Below are positions 49,831-62,021 of a stretch of DNA of 64,000 nt, piece after piece (within the stretch, counting starts at the first letter, position 1; each line of letters starts with the position of its first letter). The translations under genes were made by a program, and so were the position numbers. The DNA is from Lama guanicoe (Eukaryota): positions 744,001-808,000 of the forward strand of contig MU056029.1 in the NCBI GenBank assembly GCA_013239625.1, given 5' to 3'. The notes under the pieces were generated by a model, which was not told where the DNA came from, ran no database searches, and saw only the letters and a program-made list of their open reading frames with translations.

Positions 49831-50589
49831 AGAAATTCTGACCAAAAGCTAAGATGGAAAAAGAGAAAGAAAAAAGAAAAATTGGTCTTATCACAGGTTT
49901 TAATGTTTCTTATAATCCTTAAGTTCTGTATTTATTAATATGTAAGAATGGAAGGCTTTTGGCTTCTATCCTGAATGTAATAAACATAGTTTTGCAAAAC
50001 AAATGTTCTTTATTCCTCACTCCGTTGACATCTATAGTCATTCTAGTTAATGTAAATATTCACATTAAGAATTTTTAATTTTCACACAATATTCTTGAAA
50101 CTTTACTAAAAATTAAGTCATTACTACAGCAAAAAAGAGCTTATCTACACATAGCACTGTTTCCCAAACTAAATCTTTGCTTAAGTTTTTTAAAAAATAC
50201 TTTAAGCCAGTTCCAGTTTAACATCTCTTCCTTGATTTTGCACCACATTTAGATTATACTCACCCAAAAGTAGCAGATTCAGAGAAACTCTTTAGGTGTT
50301 AAGAGCTCTAATAAAAGAATGAGTCTTCATTGAAACTGTGAAACAGTTAATGTGATAAATTGTAAAGTACAGATACTCAGTTTTCTTTTTTTTTCATTTT
50401 TCAGTATTATTAGGTAGAATTATTACAGTCTGGCTGCACGTATACACCATATTGCATGTAATACATATACACAATATACTGAACATATTTTTAAATTTAC
50501 ATATATGTACTGTTCATTGTTTTTAAGAATATTTAGAGCTTTAGCTTTTTAAACTTACATAGTTATCAAAGGAATAAAGCCAACCACAA

Positions 50590-50768
50590 GACAAAAATTA
50601 ATTTAGAAAGATACATACACCTTACTATTAACCGTAACATTATTTATAATCACCAAGATATGGAAGCATCCTAAGTGCACACCAATAGATGCACAGATAA
50701 AGCAGATGCAGCATGTATGTGTAATGGAATGAAACTCACCCATAAGAAAGAAGTGTATTTGCCATTGT
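50590..50768 (+). mobile_element. L1 fragment (ORF2 end / 3' UTR start)
   Basis: acattatttataatcaccaagatatggaagcatcctaagtg. Confidence 0.8.
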
Positions 50769-50834
50769 GGCCCTTCGTTCACTTCTTTTTTTTTTTCTTT
50801 TCACTTCCAAAACCAGAATTTTATAACTGGCATT

Positions 50835-51138
50835 AACATTTCCATTGCATTAAAAAAAATATACCTAGAAATAAACTTAACTGAGGAGGTTACCTATACT
50901 TTGAAAACTGTAAAATATTGATTAAGGAAATTGGAGATGATGTAAAGAAATGGAAAGATACCTTGTGCTCTTGGATTGGAAGAATCAACGTTATCAAAAT
51001 GGCCACACTACCCAAAGCAATCCATGGGTCCCATGCAACCCCTGTCAAAATATCCATGACATTCCTCACAGAACTAGAACAAGCAGTTCCAAAATTTATA
51101 AGGAACCACAAAAGATCCCAAACTGCCAAAGCAATCTT
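50835..51138 (+). mobile_element. L1 ORF2 fragment
   Basis: IKEIGDDVKKWKDTLCSWIGRINVIKMATLPKAI is L1 ORF2 downstream of the RT domain. Confidence 0.93.
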
Positions 51139-51139
51139 T

Positions 51140-53175
51140 TGTAGGTCTTTTTTTTTTTTCTCTATCTTTCTTCTTTTTGTTCTCTTTTCTTATGGTTTGA
51201 TGACTAGAGAAGTTCCTTTAACATTTGTTGTAAAAGCTGGTTTGGTGGTGCTGAATTCTTTTAGCTTTTGTTTATCTATGAAGCTTTTGGTTTCTCCATC
51301 AAATCTGAACAAGAGACTTGTTGGATAGAGCATTCTTGGTTTTTCCCTCTCATCACTTTAAATGTTAAATTTAAATCATGCCACTCCCTTCTGGCCTGTA
51401 GGTTTCTGCTGAAAAATCAGCTGATAGCCTTATGGGAGTCCCTTTGTATGTTATTTGTTGCTTTTCTTTTGCAAATTTGAATATTTTCTCCTCCTTAATT
51501 TTTGTAACTTGATTACTATGTGCCTCGGTGTGTTCCTCTTTGGACTGATCCTGTGTGGAACTCTCTGCACTTCCCGGACTTGGGTGACTGTTTCATTTCC
51601 CAAATTGGGGAAGTTTTCAGTGATTATCTCTCCAAAAATTCTGTCAGGTCCTTTCTCTCTCTCTCTTCTCTTTCTGGGACCCCAATAATGCAAATATTAG
51701 CGTGCTTCTTGTTGTCCCAGAGTTCTCTTAATCTATCCTCCTTCCTTTTCATTCTTTTCTCTGTTCTGCAGTAGTGATTTCCACTAATCTGTCTTCTAGC
51801 CAATTGATCCATTCTTCTGCCTCATTTAGTCTATTCTTGGTTCCTTCTAGTGTGTTATTCATTTCAGTGATTTTTATTCTTCAACTCTGTTTTGGGTATT
51901 CTTTATAGTTTCTAACTGTTTGCTAAAAACTTCACTTTGTGCACCTACACTCCTCTTGAGTTCTCTGAACATCTTCACCATCATTAGTCTAATGTCTTTC
52001 TCAGAAAAATTGCCTGTCTCTTCATCACTTATTTCTTCTTCTGTGATTTTATCTTAGGCCTTGGCCTGGGAGATATTCTTTTGCCACCTCATATTGTCTA
52101 TCTTTCCATTTGTATTTTTAGGTAGGTAAGTTATGTCTGTCGACCTTGGAGAGGTGGCCCTCTGTGGGAGCCATCCTATGCGTCCCAACAGTACACTCCT
52201 CTTGTCACCCAAGGGCCAGGGTCCAGCTGGTCCCAGTGTAGAGTCTGGCCTGTGTTTGTGGATTCCTTCTACAGGCTTTGGGATTGTTGTTTCCTTACTT
52301 CTAGTATCTGCCCCTGGTGGAGGAGGCTGGACTAGAGGCTTATGCAGGTTTCCTGGCAGGAGTTGCTGGTTCCTGCCCTCTGCTGGGTGAAGCTTGGTCA
52401 TGTACCTCTGGTGGGTAGGGTCCTGTCTAAAGGCCTTTGTGGCTCAGGAAGTCTCCTGGTGGGTGGGGCTGTGTTCCCGCCTAGCATGTTGTTTGGCCTG
52501 AGGCTTCCCTACAGGCTGTTGGGTGGGGCTAGGTCTTGGTGTTAATGATCCAATCAAGGTGTCAGCCTCCAGGAAAGCTCATGTAGATGAACATTCCTGA
52601 ATGTCCATCACCAACTTTTATGTTCCCTGAGTGAGCTGCAGCCGTCCCCCATGTCTCCAGGAGACCTTTCAAAACAAGCAGGCAGGTCTGGCCCAGGTTC
52701 TAGGAAATCACTGCCTCTGCCCTTGGACCTGGCACATGCGAGATTCTGCACACGTGTCCCAAGAGAATGAAGTCTCTGTTTCACTCAGTCCCATGGGGCT
52801 CTGGGAGCTAAGCACTGATGGCCTTCAAACCCAGATAACCTGTGGTCTCCTCCTCCTCCTAATGCCAGCACCCTGGGCTGGGGAGCCTGACATGGGGCTT
52901 AGAGCTCTCACTCCTGTGGGAGGGCCTCTGTGACTCAATTATCCTTCAGGTTGAGGGTCACCCACCCAGAGGGCATGGGGCCCAATTATATCATGAACAC
53001 ACCACTCCTACTGTCCTGTTGTGGTTCCCTCTTTATGTGTCCAGTTGAAGAAGAGCTTTTTTGGCTAGGTCCCAGCCTTTTTCCAACGGTTGTTCAGCAG
53101 TCGGTTCTGGTTTTGTTGTCACCAGGAGGGATGAGCTCGTGGTCCTCCTGTTCTGCCATCTTGACTGGAAACCCA
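51140..53175 (-). mobile_element. L1 5' UTR plus frameshifted ORF1
   Basis: RLRELWDNKKHANICIIGVPE and EIITENFPNL...PKRNTPRHIVIKL are L1 ORF1p RRM motifs, split across frames. Confidence 0.92.
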
Positions 53176-53299
53176 GATACTCAATTTTCAGTTTGAGTAA
53201 TTTCGTTGCTCTTCCTTGCTTTACTGGGTCATAGAAACAGTAAGTAATAAATCAGGGTAAGGCAGGAATGTCCCAACGATAAACATGTTATTACTTCAT

Positions 53300-53530
53300 T
53301 ATTTCCCAGTCTGTGTCCACAGAACATTTAGTCCCACAGTATTTACAGGCCCTGATTGACACTAGGCATTGCATGGGGTTGGGGGAGAATTCTGTGCTTG
53401 ATAAATTCTTTCTAAGTTAGATCTTCTCAGAGCCTTTCAGTGTATGTGCTGATTCTTTAAGAGTGGGCAAAAATGCTCAGTGTTTCTCCAATGTATTTCT
53501 CTTACAAGGACATTGTGTGTGACTCACAAT
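53300..53530. mobile_element. hAT-Charlie-type MER remnant
   Basis: ttcccagtctgtgtccacagaacattt...cttctcagagccttt...cagtgtttctccaa; family uncertain. Confidence 0.45.
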
Positions 53531-54024
53531 GCATGGAACAAATTAGATCAGCATCCTGTTAGGGCACAGGTGTCCTAGGGTAGAGGATTATGGCAGGATT
53601 AGAGGATTACAGGAGGGAGGGACCAGGTGACAGTGGCACCTCAGGTGCCGGCAGGTAGTGGACACCCAGAGTCAGTCGAGCACTTATAGCTTCTGTTCCT
53701 GATGGAGAGGGGTTAACAGCAAGCCAGTGTCCACAAAAAACAGAGAAACTATAGTGAACTCTTGAGCTGAGGCGGACAAGTGGATGCTAAGGTCTGGAGA
53801 GACAGGAATATAACAGAAACCAGAAAAGGGGTGTTTTGCCTTCTTTGCTAAAAACCTAAGAGCATTCACTCCCAAGTATGTCGTGAATCTCCATTGCTCA
53901 GGGCTCTAATCCAGCCTTGGCTGCCCGTGCCCTCATCCTTAACACTTGCAGGAGATGTGTGGCTTCAGGAGGGTCCACACGCCATCACGGTGTTAGCCAC
54001 CCTGGTCCAGGTGTTTTGCAAACG

Positions 54025-54190
54025 TGTGTCTCAAACTCTGCCAAGCATGCCAACTGGCCAGAGACCTTGTTCTAGTGCAGACACTGACTCAGCAGATCTG
54101 GGCCGGAGACTGAGATCCTGCCCTTCTAACAAGCTCCCATGTGATGCCTGTGCTGCTGATCCACGGACCACGATTCGAGGAGCAAAATTC
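54025..54190. mobile_element. MER5A-like hAT MITE
   Basis: ttctaacaagctcccatgtgatgcctgtgctgctgatccacggaccacgattcgag. Confidence 0.8.
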
Positions 54191-54269
54191 TAGAGCATCA
54201 GAAAGAATCCTTCTAACACAAACCCATCACAGTTTATTTCCATCCAGGAGAAGTCTATACCTGTTCTCG

Positions 54270-56110
54270 GTACTAGACTTCTTGGGCTTGGCTATCGTTT
54301 CAGACACTAATTTGATCTCGACATCGCTAAATCCAACATCAGTTTTCCGTCTTCATCTTAGCTGACCTATTCGCTGTATTTAAGCCTTGTGATGGCTACT
54401 TCTTTCTAGAAGTGTACGTCCTTTGACTTGACTTCTGGGATACCGTATGGGCCTCATTTTTGTCCTTCCATGGTTCCTGCCCGTCTCCACAGTCTCTCAG
54501 GATTGAAGTGCCTCCAGGCTTGGTGCTCAGGACTTTCCGTGTCTCTCCTGACGAGTTCATCTAGTCTCATGGCTTTAGACAGCCTCTGTACCCTTGGACC
54601 ACTTTCACCCTCAAATGTGTATCCTCAGCTTGCGTCTTTTCCCTGAATCTCAGTCTTACATCTTCAATATCCACACGCGGATGTCTAATACATGCCTCAA
54701 CTTGCTCTTCCTTTATAAATGTGCTCTAACCAAACCATGTTGCATCTCAGTTAATGAATGTTGCTTTGGCTGAAAACCTGAGAAGCATTCTTAATTCTTT
54801 ACTTTCTGTCCCCCTCTGATCCATGGATACATCCCATGGCCTCTGCCTTACAAACACACACACAGCACCACTGGCCGCCACCAAGCCAGCTCCATTCCTC
54901 AGCCTGGTTTGTGTCCTTGTCTCCTAGGTGGCCTTCTGCTTCCTCCCTTGCTCCCTACAGTTTATTCCCCACACAGTAGCCAGCAGGATTCTGTTAGCAA
55001 ATAAGATAAATTATACCATTTCACTGCTCAAAACTCCCCACCATCTTCCTAGATTACTCAGGGCCAGTGTTCTTACACTGGTGTGGACTGAAATAAAATG
55101 CACAGCCTTGAAGCTGAGAGTTATCTTTTATTCAGCAGACTAAGTGAGGACTCAAGCCTGGGACACAGCACCTCAGATCGCTCTAAAAATCTATTCCAAA
55201 GAGGCAGCGTAGAAGCCAGGACACATAGGTTTTTGCAACAAAGACTGGTCAGAACATCAAAATAGTGCTGTTAATGAAAGAAAATTTGACAAGTCAAGTT
55301 AAGGAATTCTGTGCTTTTCTCTGTGTGGGAAGGTGCAAAGGTCTGGGCTCACTGAAATCATCCCATTGAGAAGCACCTAGCTGTCTAAGGTGAGTATCCT
55401 GTTCTTCCACATCCTGAGTCCCTCAGAGAGCACAGTAGGGGTGGAAGCAGAGGCCAGGCTGCCTGCTTGTCTGCATCCTGAGTTCCCTCTGCTCACTGTC
55501 AGGGGTGGCGGTGGCAGCTGATGACTTGATGGACACAGCATCCTTTGTTTGCTGATATGACTGGCAGTATTTTTCATTCACAATGGCTCTCAAGCATCTA
55601 CAAGATCTAGCGTCCCTTTCCCTCCCCTTCCTGCTCTCACCGGCCCCAGGCATGCTGTCTTCCCAGCTGCTCCTTGAACTCTGAGGGGACCACCCGTGGG
55701 TCATTTGCACATGCTGCTCCTGCAACCTAGAATCATCTTCCCGCAACATGCACACGACCAGCTGCCTTACCATTTTCTGGTCCTTCCTCAGACATCACCT
55801 TTTCAGAGAGGCTTTCCCCAACCCTTCTCCTTAAAATTAATCCCAGTGTACACTCTCTGTCTCCTTTTTTCCTTGGCATTTTCTTTCATCACTCATTTAA
55901 TCATCTGAGATACTTGACAAATGACTTATTTATCGTGTTTATAGCCAGGCTTCTGCCAACCCCAGCACTAGAATGTGACCTCCATGACGGAGGGGCTTCA
56001 GAATTCTTTGTTCACTGCTGTATCCTCAGCACCTAGAATTGTCCTGGGTACCTGGTTCCCAGTAGAAATTCAAAACATATTCATTAAGCAGACGAGTAAA
56101 TGAATGACTT
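54270..56110 (+). mobile_element. L2 LINE 3' region, interrupted by an LTR
   Basis: tttattccccacacagtagccag, tttgcacatgctg, ttgttcactgctgtatcctcagcacctagaa; ends gagtaaatgaatga. Confidence 0.85.
55082..55582 (-). mobile_element. ERV1-type solo LTR (MER41-related), copy A2
   Basis: TG...CA termini, 501 bp; near-TSD ctgg/atgg; colinear with 13951-14450 (shared tatcctgttcttccacatcctgagt). Confidence 0.88.
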
Positions 56111-57475
56111 AGTAAGTTAAGTGGCATTAGTGATACAGTTTTATTCAGATGGTTCTGGATAAAGGATTTGTAAAGATCTTTGATGAGGGTGACAAAATGC
56201 ATCTGGTGTGATATAAACCATGAGCTTGGGCTACAGTTATTGTCATCTCACCCTCTCCTCCTCTTCCTCATCTTTCTCTACTGAGTCCTCTGCCATCCAC
56301 CAGCTGTAACAGCAGGCAGGTCAACGTCCCCCTCCTGAAGCTCTCCATTTTTTCCCCATCCCCATTACCAAAAGATCAAGGTCTCTTTGAAAACCAGATG
56401 TTTAGTTTCATCCACAAACCGGAGAGAAGCGACATCACACAGGGCCCGTCGCAGCCTGCTCTTGCCTCCCACTGTGTGAGTCTGCCATTGTCGAGCCCTA
56501 TGTTAGGGCTCTTTGGCAGGTGGCTTCTGAATTGCCCTTTCCTGTCCTTGTCCCAGCTGGAGCTGCAGTAATGGTCTCCGTTAAGTACCACGATTATGAC
56601 CCCGAAATTAAAAACGCCAACAATCCTCCTGGAAGTCCAAGCATTCTGCCAGGGTTTTAGCCCAAGACCCTCTGACAGTGAGCAAAGGTCAGTCCTTAGC
56701 CTCGAAGAACCCATAGGTTCTTACACTGGCTGTGCTCCTGAACGTCACTAAGGTAGCTGAATTTCAGACAGTCTATCTCTCTTTCTGCCCTTGAGCTCTG
56801 GTACAGGGACCTCTAAGCTGCCTTGAGAGTTTCCAGTATCTGAATCTTTGGAGGAATGATGGGGGTCACATACAGCCCTTTTTACCCCAAAGACTTTGGC
56901 ATCCTTATACAACTCACATGCTTCTCATTGACCAGTTCAAATGCAGAACGGAGACATTATCTAATCTCAAAAGCAGAACCACCTCCGGTCGTCATCCTAA
57001 GAGCGGGTATGCTCTCCCCTTCATTCGCACAGCCCTCTTCACAGCCTCTGCTCCCTGTGACTTCCTTACCACTCAGAAAAGCACTTGTCAACGTTAAAAT
57101 AATGTGACATCACCATCATTCTGGGAAACATTTAAGATAACCGGACACATTATTCAGTAAGAGTTTGAAATTTATTCTAAATGCACTGAGAACCACACAA
57201 CAGTTTGAAACATGGTAAGAACACAATCTGAGTTACATTTGAAGAGAATAACACTGGATTTGGAAGGAGTATATTTTAGAAGAGCTGAGGTAAAAGTGAA
57301 CAAGCGGCACAGACAAGACGTGATAAGAGCTTGGGCTAGGCTGGTGGTAGCAGACACCGAAAGAAGTAAAAAGGGTCAAAATGTGTTTTGGAGATGAACT
57401 GGATGGGAGGGTGGAGAGGTATGAAGGAGGAAGATGACTTCCAGATTGTTGCATGAGCAATCATCTGGGTGGTAG

Positions 57476-58135
57476 TGTTGCCGGTAGATGTAGCCAGTGT
57501 CCAGGTTCTTGTTTTGCCACAGAAAGAATTCAGAAATGGAATAGGGAGGTTAAGAAAGTAGAGTGAGGATTTATTAAGGGATGGATAGTACACTCTCAAG
57601 GAGGGAGAGGGCAGACTCAGGTGAGCGGCTGCCCTGAGTTTCTTTGGCAAGTTGGTTACATAGGGTATAGAATTGAATGGGTGGAATATTCATTGGGGAA
57701 GGAGGAGTCTGGAGTCATAGTCCTTGATTTCCATCCCAATTCCACCTTCGTGAGGCGAGGAGGGGTTTTTGTCCTTATTCAGTCTGGATTGGAAGTGCCA
57801 TGACGTCAGTGCATGATGGGTGCTTCTAATCTGCAAGGCTAATTTTATTGAATAAATGAGGGCATAATGAGCAAAAGGTTACATTCGGACACTGGAGATT
57901 CCAGCCTTTTCCCACCCACCTTTCTTTGTCGACCTCCAGGATGCTTGTCACCCCAAAATGTGTGACTGCGTATCAGCTCAGAGGTTCCTGTTTTTCTCTG
58001 TCTGCCCAGGGACCCCTGGTCTCTACGTGATGCAGGGTTTCCTGCATTTGGCCCGGTGCCCCTCCTTTCTGCCCAGTTCCTGCCTTTTGGCCTGCATCCC
58101 CCTTTCTCTGCCATATCTAGCTACCTAACTGCTCT
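57476..58135 (-). mobile_element. ERV-type solo LTR, copy B2
   Basis: Reverse-complement homologue of 41468-42053; TSD GTAG (57472-57475 / 58136-58139); the 4 terminal nt (aaca) are missing at the right end. Confidence 0.9.
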
Positions 58136-58159
58136 GTAGTGCCATCTGTCTCCCTCTTT

Positions 58160-58226
58160 CCTATCTGTCTATCTATCTATCCATCTATCTATCTTTCACT
58201 CATCTATCTACCTATCTATCTATCTA
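58160..58226. repeat. (TATC)n tetranucleotide microsatellite, imperfect
   Basis: ctatctatctatccatctatctatc...ctatctatctatcta. Confidence 0.9.
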
Positions 58227-58379
58227 GATTTTAAAAAAGATTTTGGGAAGGTCATATTTGGTTGGAAAAAAACAGTCATGACTTCAGCTTTGAACACACT
58301 TACGCTGAGAACTCTGTGAGACATTCAAGAGGAAATGTCAAGTGAGCCATTGGATGTTCAGTGAAAACATTTCACTGGT

Positions 58380-58957
58380 TTGTTCTTTCCTAATTCTAAG
58401 GGCTCAGACTCAGCTCCAGCCCACTTGAGTTGGTAGGGAATTGAGTTGTCCCCCTCCTGCAGGAAGAAGTTGTGAACTTAAAAAATGTTTGTGGCAGAAA
58501 AGGTGTCATTCGTAGTCTAAGCAAAAATTATTAAGCAAGAGAAGAAAAGGTTCAGAATGTGGGCCCAAGAAACTTTAATATGTAGGAGAGGATACGCAGA
58601 AGGTGTGCCAGGAAAACCAGTCTTGTCTCCATCAGGATGAGCATTAGGGTGAGTTTCAGGGTCCCCAGGGAGTTGAAAGAAGGTCTTGACTCTAAGGAAG
58701 CTGTCAGAAAGAACATTTACCTCCCCTGCTTCTCCACAAACCAGCACTGACATCACCTCAGAGATGTCTGAAATGCAGACCACAATACAAGCAAAATTAA
58801 TAGGGTTGTGGTGAGAGTACCTTTAAGAGGAAATATGTTTACCCTACAAAGTTCAGGTGCAAAAAAAATAATTCATTGTTCTTTCCTAATTCTAAGGGTT
58901 CAAACTCAGCTCCAGCCCACTTGAGTCGGTAGGGAACTGAGTTGTCCCCACCCTGCA
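58380..58957. repeat. 82-bp direct repeat pair (58380-58461 and 58876-58957)
   Basis: 76/82 identical by manual alignment, ungapped, offset 496. Confidence 0.95.
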
Positions 58958-58999
58958 TGGGAGCTTCTCTGTATCTGTGTCTGTACGTACATCACCTGT

Positions 59000-59460
59000 A
59001 CTAGCTCAAAAGAGCACATCCTTTATGATTCCAATTTTATTAGATTCTAGAACCAAACCTAGAAGCCAAAGTAATCCTTGATGACAAAAATCAGAAAGTA
59101 GTTCTCTCTGGTACGTGGGTGGGGGGAGTTGACTGAATTTACAAGGACGCTTTCTGGCATAATAGAAATATTGTATATCTTCACAGAATAGAACAGTCTG
59201 TGTATTTTACTATATGTAAGCTATGCCTCAATAAAAAATACAACTATTGGGAATAAAAGTGTTGGCACAGCTGGATAACCAAATGGAGGATGTCATAAAC
59301 CAGGACAAATTTCACAAGAACCTAAGAACTTAAAGAAAATAAAACTAGAAGATGGATAATTAGAAGACACAGCAAAATCTATTGCAACTTTAGAGCAGGG
59401 AAGGCCTTTCCAAGGCTCATTCAAATCTACAAGCCAAAAAAAAAAAAAACCACTACAAGC
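59000..59460 (+). mobile_element. Decayed L1ME-like fragments
   Basis: tttatgattccaatttta...aaaatcagaaagtagtt...ctatgcctcaataaaaa; agggaaggcctttc. Confidence 0.6.
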
Positions 59461-59984
59461 CAGAAAGAAAAAGGAAAAACAGTCATAAGTTTTGTTGCCC
59501 TTTTTTCTCTGCTTAGACTTTCAGGTCGTGCTTAATTCCCCGAAGTGTGTTTAGCTTTAAGATCTAGCACATTGTGAGTAATAAACATGTTATTATACTT
59601 AAAGGCAACCTGAAGTGTTAAGATGATGACTTCAGGCATACGTTGGGGGAGGGAGACGGGGAGGGGCGGGGGGATGTTAAAGATGGCGGGTAAGTGCTAA
59701 AGGGGAAAAGACTGGAAATGGGCTGCTAAAGAATTGTCACCAATTGAAAACTCAGTGAAGCATGGTCAAGTTCAAGATCGTGGAAGTAAATACTGCAGAA
59801 TCTGTAGGTAGAACCTGGTCAGGAGACACTGGCATGGGATGGGAGCGTAAAGGGAGGGGCGGGCACAGCATGTTGGCATTGCAATTGTTTTTAATGTCGC
59901 GTCCAATTTATTTTGCTTTCAAAATATATTTTCACACATCCCAAGTTTCTTTTTGCCCACTATGTTTTGGTTTTTTTTCTTAAC

Positions 59985-60124
59985 TTTTATTTATTAATTC
60001 ATTTTTGCAGGGGAGATAATTAGGTTCATTTACTTATTTATTTTTAGAGAAGGTACCAGGGATTGAACCCAGGACCTTGTACATGCTAAGCACACACTCT
60101 ACCACTGAGCTGTATCTTTTTCCC
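59985..60124 (-). mobile_element. tRNA-derived SINE (Vic-1-like)
   Basis: gggattgaacccaggaccttgtacatgctaagcacacactctaccactgagctgta. Confidence 0.92.
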
Positions 60125-60147
60125 TTAGATCCTGATTTTTTAATCTC

Positions 60148-60230
60148 TTTTTTTATTGAAGTATAGTCGGTTTACAATGTTGTGTTAATTTCTGGTGTAC
60201 AGCCTAGTGATTCAGATATATGCACACATC
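60148..60230 (-). mobile_element. L1 extreme 3' tail
   Basis: ttttttattgaagtatagtcggtttacaatgttgtgttaatttctggtgtacagc. Confidence 0.85.
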
Positions 60231-61861
60231 GCTTTCTAAACAGGAGTGGTGATGTCAGAAAAACACAATTTAAAAAAAATTTCATAGTGATCTAAGACAT
60301 TTTAACTTGAAGAATATGATTTTTTTAAGCTATCAAATTAGAAAAAGAACACCTCAGTGTTCATGAGATAAAGATAAATATATTTTTGAAATATTTGTCT
60401 AGGTTAAGGGTATAGGTGGATTCACCATCCTGAAAAATTTTGCTTAAGCTTGACCGAGCAATTTCATTCCTAGAAGTTTGTCATAAACTTATTTATAAGG
60501 ATATCTGCAAGGATTTACCAAGAAGGATATATTTCAGCATTATTTATAATATCAAAAAATTGGAAATGACCACATAGGTATCTCCATGTAACAGCATGCT
60601 AAGAGAATCATTATTATACGATATGTGATTAGTGACACTGATTCATGTTTATGATAAAGTGAAACACAGAACCTATGTCACTATATACAACATGACCTCA
60701 TGTACATGCTCATACCTACATGCACGCACAGCCCCAGGGTTCTAGCCCAGTGCAATCTGGATAGCTGCCTTGGGTGGTTAGACATACAGATTTATTCTCA
60801 CTTGTTTATTTCTAGTATATTCTTCAAGAGCCATGTGTATTTCTTGTGCAGTATATAAAAAAAAAGTTAACACTGTAAAAAAATTATATTCTGGACCAGA
60901 GCAAGTAGTTAAAGTATATAAATACGAATTAACAATCAGGAAGAAATACACGACAGTTGTTACAACTGAATCATAAATTTGGCACTGAGCTCCCAGGCAG
61001 CCAAATCATAAAGGGAAACACTCAACTTTTTAATCCTCATTGCCATGAAGATTAAATACATCATCTCCAAGGGAAGGAAAGCTCTAAATGGAATTTCTTA
61101 CATGAGGCACTTTTCATTTCAGTTTTATATCTTTATTTTTGGCTCCCTCGGTTTTTCTGTCTTTTGAGTAAGAGTGATATGATTATGGATTTTGTTGTTT
61201 TAATTTTTTAAAAATGGGACCAGCATCTATTCTAATTTTTAAAAATCACATGCCATATAACAAGTTGTCAACAGTCAGAGCTTTGCACATATATTTGTCA
61301 CAAGATTTACTATAACAGGATTTTTATCTCTAGCAACCAGAAAAGCAAATGTGATTTTTAATTTATTTTGTTTCCACTTTGTCATTCCTATGCTTCATGT
61401 CTTTCTGTTTTCTCTTTTCCTCTTTTAACGACACTGGCAATATGAATGAATGAATTCGGTCTCTTTAAAAGAAGTTCGCAGAGTCACTGTAAAAAGTAGG
61501 TCCATTTCCTACTTTTAATAAGCAGATTCTAACTGGATGGCAATCTTTTTGGCATCTGCTTTCATTATTTCCCGTTCAACTTGCAGCTCCATACAATGTC
61601 ATAAAATATTTTGATTTAGGCTTCTTCCAGCATGATAGAGAGTTTTAGCTGAATTCATAATCAGGGCTAATAGCCATTTCAGTCCAGGTTTCCCTTTGTG
61701 CCATCCCACTTAAAACAATTTAGCACTTGATTTTTGAAAGACCAGCATCAGGTTGTCTCCCCACTTCCTCCCATCCCAACTTGGTTTTTCCCCAGAGTAC
61801 AGCCACTATAAATAGCACTTCATTAAAGGTGGTGAGCACTTGCTCTGCCTGGCACAACATT

Positions 61862-61941
61862 CACGAGTTTGCAACGTGCAAATTATCCTCACCTGCTTTT
61901 CCACAAGTTTGCAACGTGCAAATTGCCCTCTCCTGAATTTC
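61862..61941. repeat. 40-bp tandem duplication
   Basis: cacgagtttgcaacgtgcaaattatcctcacctgcttttc / cacaagtttgcaacgtgcaaattgccctctcctgaatttc (34/40 identical). Confidence 0.9.
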
Positions 61942-62021
61942 CCCAGGGCTCACAGTGTGAGCCTTCCAAGGCAATTCAGGATTCGAAATTATGTCTGTGT
62001 CTTTAACAACAGCAACAGTGA

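Larger units (their letters stand above)
57170..58365 (-). mobile_element. L2 fragment, interrupted by an LTR and a microsatellite
   Basis: tttattctaaatgcactgagaacca...; ctgggtg[gtag]tgccat is reconstituted across the LTR; gaggaaatgtcaagtgagccattggat. Confidence 0.75.

Noticed and set aside
13951..58135. Paired LTRs as ends of a provirus (A1/A2 or B1/B2)
   Set aside because: Copies are 15-41 kb apart and diverged; B1/B2 are inverted with their own TSDs; no gag/pol/env or PBS is visible. They are solo LTRs
58380..58957. CRISPR-like or prokaryotic repeat-spacer system
   Set aside because: Only two long repeats, mammalian context, no cas-like ORFs
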